Both the position numbers and the translations under genes were made by a program. Of a stretch of 64,000 nt of DNA, positions 23,901 through 35,912 are shown one piece after another. Within the stretch, counting starts at the first letter, position 1. Every line of letters begins with the position of its first letter. The notes below the pieces were generated by a model that ran no database searches, had not been told where the DNA came from, and worked only from the letters and a program-made list of their open reading frames with translations. The DNA is from Camelus dromedarius (Eukaryota), in assembly GCF_036321535.1 (NCBI RefSeq), contig NC_087459.1:31124001-31188000 (forward strand), in the 5' to 3' direction.

Positions 23901-24404
23901 GATCCGTGCGTGGAACCCCTCTGTCCGGTTAACTGCAGGGCCAAGGCCACATCTTTGCTGGAGGAAGTCAGAGCAGCTGTTCTCAGCCCCAGGATTTGCC
24001 CAGAGACCTACCCAGCAGGGGTAGGGGTGCTAGACCACAGACCCCGGCTCCCCCATCCCCGCCCTGAATGCTGAGCCCGTGGCTTGTTGTCGAGGGGACG
24101 CTGGACCCTGAACTTGCAGCAAGCTCCGGGTGGCTTGGCCGCTGGCTCTGGCAGCCCTGCGCTGGTGCTCACCGCCCCTGCTTGTCAGTGGTGAGGTTCC
24201 TGCGCCCTTCTCTGGGGGACAGCACGCATGTCCAGGGGCCAAGGACCTAACCACTGCTCATGGTTTTCACTGTCTTTTTCACATGGTTTCCTCCATCCAC
24301 ACCATCAACCCCCCAGCAGCCTGCATTTATACTTAAGTCCATTCCTTAAATTGGGCTCGCTCACTAATGTTTCCTGAGCTGGGTCCCAAGTCCTGGGGGT
24401 GGTC

Positions 24405-24515
24405 CATCGTCTTTACAATCACTCTAAGAGGTAGATATGATCCCATTTTACTGATTTGGCTATTAAGGCTCAGAGAGGCTAAGTAACTTGTCCAAGGGCA
24501 CACAGCTAGTAAGTA
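24405..24515 (-). mobile_element. MIR (other MIR fragments at about 8415-8520, 10915-10975, 17745-17850, 21660-21800, 23385-23465, 36035-36215)
   Basis: atcccattttactgat...aggctcagagaggctaagtaacttgtccaagggcacacagctagtaagt core. Confidence 0.75.
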
Positions 24516-24935
24516 GCATTCATGTTCTCACTGTATCCTCTCAACTATGTGCTTCCTAAAACACTGGCATCTCCATCTCTGGGTTCACGGCCCGTGGAAA
24601 CAAGCAGTTGACATGACGCTTGGATCCACATTTCAGCTGCAGCCGGTTCACGTGCTCTGAAAGGCGATACCAAGGACGTGAGGCATCGTTCAGTAGCCCC
24701 GTGTTCAGGCCAGTGTCGGACAGGACCGTACACACCTGCAGAGGTTCCCACTTGGGCTTTCGAAGGATGAGCGTTTGGGAGAACGTGCAGCTGTGCGGCC
24801 AGGGGCTGGGCGTAGCGGGGCTGCCTCCATCCCTGGGGCCTGGCTCCCCCCAGCAGCAACGCCGAGACCCTTGCAGGGCAAATAAAAATAAAGAATCCCG
24901 AATGGACAGAGAAGCAGGAAACATCATCTACAGGA

Positions 24936-25131
24936 GTGCCATCCAGTACGGTAGCTCTTCAGTGCAGGTGGCTATTTAAATCTAAGGCAATTAAAATGAA
25001 AGGTTCAGTGCCTCGGTCACACTGCCCACATCTTAAGTGCTCTAGAGCCGCACAGGGCCAGTGGCTACTTCTCTGGACCACACAGCCACAGGCCGTGTCC
25101 ACCACCTCAGACAGTTCTATTGGATGATGCT
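24936..25131. mobile_element. MER3-like hAT element
   Basis: gtacggtagc...gtggctatttaaat...cacatcttaagtgctc...agttctattgga. Confidence 0.65.
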
Positions 25132-25149
25132 GGTAGATCTGTGGCTGTA

Positions 25150-25470
25150 AGACTTGGTGGTCTTGGAGCTCTTAAGAATTACTGAGGACACCAAAGAACT
25201 TCTGTGTCTGGGCTCCAGGTTTGAACTTTCATCATACAGAACAGAAATGAAAACTGACACTATTCTAAAATGCCTCTTCATTCACTGAAATAAGCTCATT
25301 ACACATTAACATAAGTGACATATCTTTCTATTAACAAGAATGGTGTTTTTCCCAAACAAGAATTAGGGGGAAGAGTGGCATTGTTCCGTGTTTGCGAGTC
25401 TCTTGAACGTCCGGCTCCGCAGAAGCCGTGGGCGCGCCGGCTGCTCTTGCAGCCAGTTTCTGACGCGGCC
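25150..25470. mobile_element. Arthur1-like hAT-Tip100 fragment
   Basis: aattactgaggacaccaaagaactt...cattacacattaacataa...gaagagtggcattgtt. Confidence 0.55.
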
Positions 25471-26650
25471 CCGCCGCATAGCCTCTGGAGAGCTCTGCGT
25501 GAAATCGCGGGCAGGGAAAATGCAAATGGTAATGCCTTGCTGTCGTTATGAAAACAGTGCCTTCGAGCAACTCCTGGAAGGCTCTCGGGGATCCCCCGGG
25601 GGCTCAGACTCAACATTGTCGAGAACCACAGGTGGATCCAGAGTTTCCCTGTTTGGAGCAGGTGATGCTCCATCGGTGGTAGTTATCACAGACCAGTGCC
25701 ATCCGATTTTAGCCCATCTTAGCCGAACCTGGAGACCCGGGCAGGACGGGAGGCAGTACGAGAGCCAGGAGGGGGTGGTCTGGGAGACCCTCTCGATGGT
25801 GAGGGCAGGCACTGTGGCTGTAGGTTGCTGGCAATGCCCGGTGCCGAGCAGAGCACCCAGAGCTTAGTAGGTACTCAGACAAATGTGTGGACGGAGCAGG
25901 GGATGGTGAGCTTGGCCTGGCTTGGTCCGCACCCGCTCCTCCTCTCTGAGGCTGGGAAAGCTCGGCGAGGGAGCCTCAGGTGAGTCTTGGTCCTTTTGCA
26001 TCGGAGGTCAGAGGAGGCAAGTTCACAGACCGGGGCTGCAGGGACACCGCCCTGGCCTTCACTCTTGGCGGTTCTGCACTGGGGAAGTCACCTCGGAGCA
26101 CTCCCGGAGGCTTCCGGGCTAGTTTTTCCAGCTCAAGTTTGTAACGAGTTTAGCCTCTGCCCTGAGTGGGTCTGCAGCCCTGGAATCCCAGGATGACAGA
26201 GCCAGGACCCCGGGGGACATGGGCAAGGCCTGCCCGGCGTCAGGGTGGCCCCTGAGGCGGGGCTCGGAGACGATCTGTAGGTTGAGGGAGTGCGTATCCA
26301 CGTGCTGGGGAGGGGGCTGTTCTCTTAAAGATGTTCTCACTACAACCACATGTGCTCACTGTAGAAACTTTAGAAAATACTGGAAAGGTAGAAGAGATTT
26401 GGTGGAGTCTCTGCCTCCGGTCTCCACCCCTAACCTTTTCCTTTCTGCTCTCCCTGTTCCATGCACGCTTCTAAACTGCGGTGTTTGCTTTTCTTGCCAA
26501 AGGTACTTTTACATCCTGCTCTTTTTGTTTAAACTTTCTGAGCATTTTTCCTTACTTCAAGTCCTTTGTAAGTATTATTTAAAAAGTCTGCACTGAGTGG
26601 ATGTTCCGCAATTTGTTTAATCATTCTCTTTGTGAAGGAAAAACTTGCAT

Positions 26651-26715
26651 TTTTTAAATGGAGGTACCGGGGATTGAACTCAGGGCCTCAGGCATGCTGG
26701 GCTACACCTGCCTCC
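26651..26715 (-). mobile_element. Internally deleted tRNA-Ala-derived SINE
   Basis: atggaggtaccggggattgaactcagggcctcaggcatgct then gggctacacc; about 20 nt of the D/anticodon arm is missing. Confidence 0.75.
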
Positions 26716-29373
26716 ACTGTTCAATCACTCGTGATTCAGGAGATGAAGGTAGATCTATCTGTGGCGAGGATCTTTGACATCAAGTTTTCCCTCACGTTTA
26801 GCATGTTTTCTTAACCTTAAGAGGCTACGGCCACCATCTTCCTACTATCACTGGGCTGATCACTCCCTACAGTTGGCCACTGTCCCTGTCCCTGAGGGAA
26901 CCTGGACATCCGGGGACCTACTGCCTGGGTACTGCCAGAGAGCTGGATTATCTGGAAGATTTGGAACAGTCAACCCTGGGGGGAGGTGTGTGCTCTGGGG
27001 GAGGGACGGGAGCTGTGTGTCCGTCCTACAGGTGGTCTGGTTGGGGCAGAAGAGGGAGGTGTGTGCGGGCTGTGGAGGGGATGCTCTCAGGGACACTGAC
27101 CCCACCCCGTCGGCTGCTGTCAACTGCTGGCGGGAGACGAGGCGTCCTGGAGGGTACCCGAGTGCTTTACACGCGCACGGCGCCCTGGAGACCCAGTGCT
27201 AAGTACTCAGGAACTCGGGAAGTCCTTAAACCATTGCTAGCGAGAGACTGGCCGTGGTGGGGCTATCGGCACCATGGAAATCGGCAAAGGCTGCAGGTCG
27301 GAGCTCACCGTTTTTGGAAGTGGTTGACCAGCGCGCCACTGCCTGCACCCTGGGTCCGGTTTTCTGCGTTCCACGTCCTCTTCGTCAGCATCACAGGGCG
27401 TATACATACAGTTAGGAACACCTGCTCATTCACACCCACGTCCTCGTAGATCTCTCCCCCCACAACCTGGCAACCCTATTACACGGGGAGACCGAGGCTG
27501 CTCAGGGAAGCTAAGTGACTTGCCCGTGGGGTCCGGCGGGGCATCCTTCCTCCTCCCGCGGTGCTGGGCTGTCTGGCCCCGGAGGGCAGCAGGTGAAGGC
27601 AGCTCCTTAACAGCCTTCCGGGGCCTCGTTGCTCCTGATGGGGCTGTTGAATTTCTGAGCTCCGTCCTTTTTGCTTGAGCTTTGAGAGGGCGGAGGATGA
27701 CACTGCGGATGGCCACCCCAGGGAGCTGGCGGGCTGGGACTCTTTCGAATGTGCAAGGACACCGAGCCATTGAGCCCTGGGCTCGCGGGTTGCCCAAGGT
27801 CGTTGGGGCCGACTGAGCAGCGAGGCGGCCTGGGCTGTCCCCTGCGGTCCCCATATCCGCACAGCTTTCCCAGCCAGCACCCACGAGGTAAAGGCAATAT
27901 GTTTTTTAAGGACTGTGGGTCTGTATATAGAGAAACGACCGCTTTCGTCCACCTGACGCGTTGGGGTGAGGGTTTGGGATCTGCTGGGCGGGGCACAGGC
28001 GTGACCGACGAATCCGTCAGAGGTCCTCATGGAACCTCTGCCCACACACCCTCAGCCTTCTCACAAACCTGGCCGCATGACGGGCCTTCAAACAGACGTC
28101 TACCCTCATTGTGGTGGTAGGGGCAGCCCGCAGCGGGAGGGTGACCTGTGCATCGCGGGGTCGGCTTGTTCCGATGTGTGGGGCCTGCCTGCAGGTGTCG
28201 TGGGTTAGCTGCCTCCCTCCGTTTACTCCCGGTTGTTAGTATTTCCCAAGCTTCCTTAATACTCATCATAAGAAATACATTTCACACTGTGATTCCAGTT
28301 TATGGATCCATCACCAAAACAGGACCTACTTGTGTGATGCACTGTGATATTTCCTCCCCAGCCTGGTCCATCCTCTCTTATCCTGTGTCATTTTTTCAAG
28401 TTGCTGGTGGCAACCCCTAAAATGATTTTATGACCCACAGGTAGGTCCGAAGCCTCAGTTCCAGGAACTGCTCCTGGTGGGGCCCTCCTGGGAAGCCATG
28501 GGCACTGGATACCGGGTGCCCGGTGCCTGCTTGCGGTGATTGGTGGGTGTCAGCATGGTGCCATACCTCGGGAGCCTGGGTGTCCCAGGTCTATATGGGG
28601 ACAGTTAAAGGGGAAAGAAATCAGTTGCTTCTGAGCATCTGGTTACTCAGAACTCTGACCCCACTGACAGGAATACAGGCCAGATTTGGGGGTCTCTTGT
28701 GCTGGTGATGGCCCCACATTCTGGGGACCTTGGCGCCGGATGGTCGTAGAGACCTGGGGCAGGCAGCCTGCCTGGATACGTACGTCAGCGCTAGTCCAGG
28801 TAGGGTTGGGAGGGCAGGAGGGAGACAGTGACTCCATTCTGGAAGGAGCAGACGCAGTTCTGGAAGAGCTGCTTTGCCTCCGAGAGCAGTTTCAGATTGC
28901 AGGCTCTGACTCTGCTGAACGAATGGCCCGTGGTCCTGTTTGCGCGGCCAGCCTTCCCAGGGCTCCGCCCGCTTCTGTGCAGGTCCCGCTCCCGCTGCTC
29001 GCTAAGGCCTTTCTCGGGGTGGGGGGACCGGAGCTCTGATTGTCTTTCGTACTCACTTTTATAGTCCTACCGTGTCTACCATGTTTGAGAATCGCATGAC
29101 TTTTTAAAAACCGTCCTGCTGGCATTGGACTCTTTCTGTGTTTGTGAAATTGCCGTTTTGTATTAACACGGTATTGGATAAACATTTATATTAAGAAGAA
29201 TAATCCTGCTGGTGAATGTTACTGTTTCCAGCAGAGTAGAAAAAACTTAAATAAATAAAAAAATTCGAGATGCCTCACACTTGCTCAGTTGTCTTTTTAA
29301 AAAAATAACATTCATCAGTTCTTTTTCTAAAAGCCATCATTGTTCATGGTGGAAAAATTGGAAGTAAAAACCC

Positions 29374-30545
29374 TATATTAGCTGTCTATTGCCATATAAC
29401 AAATTATCCTGAAATACAGGGCCTACAAACGACAAGAATCATGTGTGTCTCTCCTGGTTTCTGTTGCTCAGAAATTCAGAGTCTTGGCCTCAGCTGGAGG
29501 TGGGAGCCACTCACATGTCTGGTGGTTGATGCTGGCAACGGGTGAGGGCCTTCACTGGGGAGGTCGCCAAACACCCTGCTTCAAAATGTAGATTTTATTA
29601 TGATTCAGGTCTGGTGCGGCCAAAAGATCAGAGGATGACTACCATTGAAAAGGTAGTTTTTTATTCAAGATCCCAAGAGGAGGGGCCGTAGGATGTCATG
29701 CAGGGCCACACAGGGAAGCACCAGGGTTGGCCAGGAGGCAGGGGGAGGAGGGAAAATGGGGGCCAGAGCCTTTACTGTGGCCTCCATGGGAAGGGATGGA
29801 CACGGCAGAATAAGGAGTCTCAGTACTGGTGATTTTGAATCATTTCATTTTTTTTTTTTTTTTTTGGTCAGGGGAGGTAATTAGGTTATTTATTTATTTA
29901 TTAATGGAGGGGCTGGGGATTGAACCCAGGACCTCGTGCATGCTAAGCACGCGCTCTGCCACTGAGCTCTCCCCGCCCCTGAGTTTGAATCATTTCAGGT
30001 TCAAACTCTGGGGCACAGGGGCTAGCCTCAGTTGTGTGGTACTTGTTCTTGGAGGGACGGGGACAGCGGAATAATGATCTGGAGCAGCGAAGCCCAGCAG
30101 AGGAGGTGGGAAGGCGTGGTCTCCGGGTGGGTTGGTTTCCCTATGAAAACTGTGCTCACAGGTAAGCTGTTTACTGTCTCTAGGGACCACTGTTTCTACC
30201 CTGGGAGGGGCAGTCTCCCCATGGTCAATAAGGCCCCAGACATCAAAACATCAGAAGAAAAGAGATGCTTAACACACCCACAAGTGCCTTCCCCATGTGT
30301 CCTGGGCTTCCGTACAACATGGAGGCTGAGTCCCAAGAACAAGAAAGAGCCAGGCAGGAGACACAGTGTCTTTTATGACCTAGCTTTGGACACCTGCATC
30401 ATTACTTCTCCCACATTTGATTGTTGGACACGGCCAAAAAGTACCTCCCAAAAGCAACGTGGTTGGGGAGAGTCCAAGTTACAGAGCAAGAAGAGGGGGC
30501 GGGATGGATTATGTACTGATGTGGGTGTATTGAAGTGGCTGTCTT
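29374..30545 (-). mobile_element. MLT1 LTR (about 29374-29575 and 30279-30545) interrupted by a MER77-like ERVL LTR (about 29587-30276)
   Basis: MLT1 text on both flanks; inner element aagatcagaggatgactaccattgaaaagg...aaggccccagacatcaaaacatcaga. Confidence 0.65.
29848..29983 (-). mobile_element. tRNA-Ala-derived SINE with perfect 14-bp TSD
   Basis: tttgaatcatttca at 29834-29847 and 29984-29997; poly-T tail. Confidence 0.93.
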
Positions 30546-31572
30546 TGGAAATTGCCCTCTGCCACAGACTCCAGCACCCAGAGATGCTCACTGTAAATAG
30601 TCCCTATCTAGCCTGCTTGCATGTGTTTTTGAATGTGATTTTACAAGGAAGAAATAATCTGTTACCAATGAACCTTCGTGATCTTGGACAAATCCTTTAG
30701 CCTCTCTTGGCTTTTGGTCCACATTTGTGCAGACAGTGGACTAAATTAGGAACTCTCACTCTCTTTCCTTGGGTACTAGAAAGGAGATCTCCAGCTGGAC
30801 CAAGCTCTTTCCCCCTAAATTTGAAAAAGGGCCACTTGTTCTCAATTCTCAGTTTAAAAAAAGAGAAGTTAATACATAGTATTCTCTCGATCTTTATTTT
30901 TTGCATACATAAGTCATAAAGCAAATGGTACCTCCTAAAAAATGCTCACAGGCAACAAACCAAGTAAACAAATAAAAAATTAATATTAATGGAAATGTCA
31001 GACCCAACCAGGCAGGTCTGTTTCTTTAACAATATGTTTTTTGTGAGGCCACATGTGCTCATGTTTGTGATTTTTTGTTTATCACATGGTCATATTTTTG
31101 GCTGATGAAATTAATCCTAATTCCTATGTGGCTTGAAATACAACTTTTCAACATGTTCTCAATCCCCAGAGCTCTAGAATTTCCAGAGGCTTCACCACAG
31201 GAGTAGTTGAATAATCACGGGGGTAGATGATTTCTTAAGTCACATCCAGCCTAAAATCTTTGACAGTTCAAGTTTTTTTTTTTTTTTTACAACAGACCCA
31301 ACATTCCAAGGTAAAGTAATCTGACATGATCTATTTTAATGGTATTTACTTGCTTCAATTGAACACGTCCACTACACCTGCTTCCTATGTGCATGCTGAA
31401 GGCTTTGAATCAATATTTTCCAACTAAATAGCTCACACGAGCTATAGATCCCCAGCACAGAATGCCTGTTGCGTCTCTACATGCGAATACACTGAACATA
31501 CTAATCAGACTGAACAGCAGCGTATCACTTCTCTGCAGTCCTGGCTCCCTATACGTTACTCTGCAGTCCTGG

Positions 31573-32666
31573 TGGAACTGAGTAGGACCCGTGTGAGGAC
31601 CCGATGGGGCTGTTCCAGAACAGACCGCTGCCCCCACCATGGCCTCCGCCAGCCTCTTGTCTGGAGAAGACCTTTAGCCTCCTAGCCTTCCCTGAGTTCC
31701 AAAGGGGACATTTAATCCAAGAAGTGAGAAAATGCAGAAAGAAAGGAAAACAGTCAAACAAGACAAAATAATAGTTTAGCTGTTAAACCACGTCAAGGAC
31801 CTTTGGTTCCTCGTCAGGGGCTCTAGACAATAGTCTGAGCCATGTCCTTTGCGCTGTTTTGCAGATTTTTAACTCCCACCAGGTAGAAGAGGTTAACTGC
31901 GTGCTGCACGCAAGCACGGAGACCCAAGACCAGTTGGAACCAGAAGGTTGATGATGTTGACTCCTGTTGACTGTTACCGAGTCCAAACTCATCCTGTTCG
32001 CCCCACAACAGGCCAATATATCAGGAGATGAAGTGTTGGGGCAAGGAATAGCGACTTTATTTGGAAAGCCAGTAGACCAAGAGGATGGCAGAATAATGTC
32101 TTGGAGAACCCCCACCTCAGTCAGAATATAGGCTCCTTTTATACAAAAAACACGGGAGGGGGCGTGGTTGGTTGTTGCAAACTTCTTGGTGTAGGAACTC
32201 CTTGTTCTCGCAGCCGTCCACATGGGCCAGCTCATGGCGCTCCTGCAAAACCTTCAACACAACAAATGTTATTCTCTGTTCTGCAACTTGTTATCTTTAC
32301 GTGAGTGCAGAGCTAGCAAGACCAAGCCTAGGACATAGGGCACAGGGTTAAAGCCAAAGGAACAGAGCTAATATGGAGCCAGATTTGTTCTTTTCTATTA
32401 CATGACCTCATCACCAGCCAATCAGAAAAATGTCCTTGAGCTGATCATGCACCCCCACATCCCTCCGCCACCCCATTTTAAAAAACCTTTGCCTGAAACC
32501 CTTTGGGGAGTTCGGGCCTTTTAAGCACTAGCTGCCTGGACCACTTGCTTGGCGCCTGCAGTAAGCGCAACTCTTTCCTTCACCAGAGCCGGGCGGGGAG
32601 GGTGGGGCGTCAGGAGATTGGCTTTACTACACGCTGGCAAGCAGACCCAAGTCTGGCTCGGTAACA
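31573..32666 (+). mobile_element. ERV1-class solo LTR with 4-bp TSD CTGG (contains a nested LTR)
   Basis: TG...CA termini; ctgg at 31569-31572 and 32667-32670; agccaatcag CCAAT box. Confidence 0.8.
31972..32402 (-). mobile_element. Nested ERV1-class solo LTR, 431 bp, 4-bp TSD TGAC
   Basis: tgttaccgag...ttaca termini; tgac at 31968-31971 and 32403-32406; minus-strand TATAAAA (32137-32143) and AATAAA (32056-32061). Confidence 0.85.
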
Positions 32667-32734
32667 CTGGCACCCTATACATCACTCTGTAGTTCTGGTA
32701 CCCTAGACATTACCCTGGTCCTGGCAGTCCATTC

Positions 32735-33196
32735 TGAGACAGGCTGGGACCTGGGACCCTTTACTGCAGTGCTTGCCCCTGGACCCGCGTCTCCTCCTCC
32801 CACAGTAGGATGCAAAGAAATTTATCTAAGGGACTAAAAATAACTGCACCCATGTGCAGTTGGGGCAAATTATGACCAAAGAGATACAAAAAGGCCACAA
32901 ACTAGCAGCCACATCTGAGGGGCTGGGAACCAAAGCAGGGTACTGCCCACGATCCCTGCACACAGCACCACCAAGGGGGCAGGTGGACCACACAAGCCAC
33001 CCCTTCGACCCACACCTACCCTCGCCCACTGAAGGAAGCAGCCCGCCCTCCTCGGAGAGTGAGCTAGGGCGCCTGTTACTTGTTTTCACTCCCCCACGCT
33101 GCAGCCGGAGTCCCAGGAAAGCCTCACCTGAATTTCTTGTCTGGCCTCTTATCAATTTCTCCTGATGAGAGGAGCCAAGGCCCTGAGTCAGTAACA
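32735..33196 (+). mobile_element. Cetartiodactyl ERV1-class solo LTR
   Basis: tgagacaggctgggacctggg...gactaaaaataactgc...cagtaaca; flanks attc/atgc (3/4 TSD). Confidence 0.75.
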
Positions 33197-33839
33197 ATGC
33201 AAGTCTGTAGTGCTGGCACCCCATACATTACCGATGCCAGGAGGTACTCACTGTCGACTGAAAGTTGCTCAGTATACGATGTGGAAATTAAAATAACAAT
33301 TTCAGAGCTCTCAGCGGATGAGTCTACAAGGAATGACCAGACCTGACGAACTGCTGTTACAGTTGTGGTGTCGAGCTCATCAAGAATGGAAGCCACGGAT
33401 TCAGTCACCTGTTTGCTAGTCCCGACTAGTGGCTGGGATGTAACAGTCTCTGAAAGAAAGGCTTGGATCTAACATCCTCCCTGTGCCTGCTGCCACCTTC
33501 CCTTCCTCTCTTCTGGTCTCCAAGACCCCAGTCTGTGCCCCTGGACTGGCCATCCTGTGGGAACCTGCCCTTTGACCTTAATCAGATGCTTTTTCTTTGA
33601 GCTCATTTGGGTTTTTCCCTACTTGAGTGCCGGGACTCTGCCACCCTCTGGTGGCCACGGAGGGCAGCTCAACACTCCATTTTTGTCCCTCGGATTTCCA
33701 AGATTTCACCCGGTGTTTCAAACACTTGTTTTACTCACCTGCCCAGGAAGGGCAGGTGCGGGAATACAAAGATGAATACAATTCAGTACTTGAGAAGCTT
33801 CCTCTTGAGGGAGGGGGTGAGACATTGAGATGGGTGGAA

Positions 33840-34440
33840 ATTTATTCATCCCCGTGTTTATTCATATAACAAATATTCATGGAGCCTCTATTCTGTGCCA
33901 AGTATAAAGAAGACAGAACCTGCCTTTTCAGAACTCAAATCCTAGTGTGTGTTAAATATATAAATAGTAATAAAGGCCTATGAATTCGGTAAAACAGTTT
34001 CCGAGACAGAGAATGACCACAGGGGTGACCATCCAGGGGATGGTCATCGGTTAATGGCGGAGCTGGGTTTTGAGGAGAGGGAGGTGGCAGCGTGCTGACA
34101 AACAGGAAACGCACTTGGGGAGAGGATACAGCAAGGGGAAAGGTTTCAGAGCCTGGAATGAGCTTACTGTTTTAGGAAACAGAAGTCTGGTGTGGCTAGA
34201 GCTCCCTGGTAGAGTCAGGGAGCAGGTGGACTGGCCAGCAGGGGCCAGCTGCAGCAGGGTTTTGTAAGCCCTACTTTATTCAAAGCACAAAAGGAAGTGA
34301 TTAGAGAACGTTTGGCTGAGGAGTAGCAACATCTGATTTGCATTTAAGGAGCGTGGTTTGATACTTGGCTAATAAAAAGTTGACGAAGAGTCTGCAGGAG
34401 CACAGAGGCAGGGCGTGGAGCCAAGCCTGGGGGTCAGGGA
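33840..34440 (-). mobile_element. L2 fragment
   Basis: ttcatataacaaatattcatggagcctctattctgtgcca... antisense L2 3' text. Confidence 0.6.
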
Positions 34441-34456
34441 GGTCCTCCTGGATAAG

Positions 34457-34989
34457 GGGGGTTAGTTTATCTACTGCTGCATACCAAACTGCCCCAAAAC
34501 TTAGCGGCACAAATCAGGAATCAAGGTTTATCACCTCACACAGTTTCTGAGAGTTGGGAATTTGGAAGCAGCTTTGCTGGGTGGCTATGGCTGAGGGTCC
34601 CTCATTAGAGGCAGTCAGGACGTTGGTCAGGGTTGCAGTCATCTGAAGGCTCCGGAGGCTAGGGGGCCCACATGCAGGATGGCTCATGTGGATGGTAAGT
34701 TGGTGCTGTCTGTTGGTGGGAGGCACTGGTTTCTCACCTTGTGGACCTCTCTAGGGCTGCTTGAGTGTCCCCCCAGCATGGTGGCAGGTTCCCTCTAGAG
34801 GGAAAGATCCAAGAGCAAGCAAGGGTAGAAGCCATGTCTTTTATAATTGAGCCCCAGAAGTCACACTGTCATTTTGGCAACATCTTACTGGTTACACAGG
34901 TCAGCCCTATTCAACTTGGAGGGGACTGCACTGGAGTGTGAAATAGGTGTGAATCACTGGGCATCACCTTGGAGAGTGGCTACTACCTA
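34457..34989 (-). mobile_element. MLT1F/H-like MaLR solo LTR
   Basis: ttagtttatctactgctgcataccaaactgccccaaaacttag...cacagtttctg...ccagaagtcacac...aggtcagccctattca. Confidence 0.75.
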
Positions 34990-35048
34990 AGTGACACCTA
35001 ATCTGAGCCTTGAAGGATGAGTAGACATTGGCCAGGTGATGAAGATTG

Positions 35049-35430
35049 GTATTACGGGCTGATCTGTGTCCCCTTAAAATCCATAATTTGCAGCTCTAAC
35101 CCCTAGTGACTCAGAAGGTGACTGTATTCAGAGATGAGGGCCTTTAAAGAGGTGATTAAGTTAAAATGAGGTCATTAGAGTGGGCTCTGCCTAATCCAGT
35201 CTGACTGGCATCCTTATAAGAAGAGATTAGGACAGAAACAGAGAGGAAAAGCCGGGTGATGACACAGGGAAAAGCTGGCATCTATAAGCCAAGGAGAGAG
35301 GACTCAGAAGAAATCAACCCTGCTGGCACCTTGATCTTGGACTTCCAGCTTCCAGTGAGAAAACAAATTCCCATGGTTTAAGCCCCCGGTCTGTGTTATC
35401 TCGTTATGGCTGCCTGATCAGACTGATACA
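35049..35430 (+). mobile_element. MLT1A-like MaLR solo LTR
   Basis: gcctttaaagaggtgattaagttaaaatgaggtcattag...ctggcaccttgatcttggacttccagc...gactgataca. Confidence 0.85.
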
Positions 35431-35537
35431 GTTGGGAAAGATGTTCCAAAGGCAGAGGGATTGGCCTGATCAAAGATGGAGATGTATGAAACAGCATGGT
35501 AATAGCAAAGAGTTGGCATCTACTAGATCCTGGAGAG

Positions 35538-35735
35538 CAGGCGCCAGCAAATTTTTCTGTAAAGGGCCAGATAGTAAATATTTTAGACTTTGGGGGCTGT
35601 CAAGTCTCTGTTGCATGAAAGCAGTTTCAGACAATACGTAAACAAATGGGTGTGGCTGTGTTCCAATAAAAGTTGATTTACAAAAACAGATAGCAGCTCA
35701 GATCTGGCCTGCAAGGGGCAGTTTGCCAACCCCTG
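35538..35735. mobile_element. MER58A hAT MITE (second fragment at about 56141-56275)
   Basis: ctgtaaagggccagatagtaaatattttag...gtgttccaataaaa...gtttgccaacccctg. Confidence 0.85.
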
Positions 35736-35800
35736 CTGAAGAGGGGTGGGAGGTGGGACAAGATCATGACAAGGAATACCTTAGAAGGAAAACACAGATT

Positions 35801-35912
35801 AGGGGGAGGGTATAGCTCAGTGGTAGAGCACATGCTTAGCATGCACGAGGTCCTGGGTTCAATCCCCAGCACCTCCATTAAAAAAAAAAAAAGAAAAAGA
35901 AAAATAAACCAA
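35801..35912 (+). mobile_element. Young tRNA-Ala-derived SINE with 12-bp TSD
   Basis: Intact A box TAGCTCAGTGG and B box GGTTCAATCCC; poly-A tail; aaaacacagatt at 35789-35800 and 35913-35924. Confidence 0.93.

Larger units (their letters stand above)
31520..33231. repeat. Degenerate 28-bp tandem array fragmented by LTR insertions
   Basis: Units at 31532-31559, 31560-31572+32671-32685, 32686-32713 and 33204-33231 (22-24/28 pairwise identity for the pairs compared). Confidence 0.85.

Noticed and set aside
25951-25985. 29-nt intergenic exon ending CAG|GTGAGT
   Set aside because: The acceptor is a disfavoured GAG and there is no supporting transcript context.
30032-30700. 222-aa ORF
   Set aside because: Spans two unrelated LTR fragments.
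35802-35877. tRNA-Ala(AGC) gene
   Set aside because: The acceptor stem has two mismatches, there is an extra 5' GGAG, it has a poly-A tail and 12-bp TSD, and eight related copies occur in the window: a SINE.
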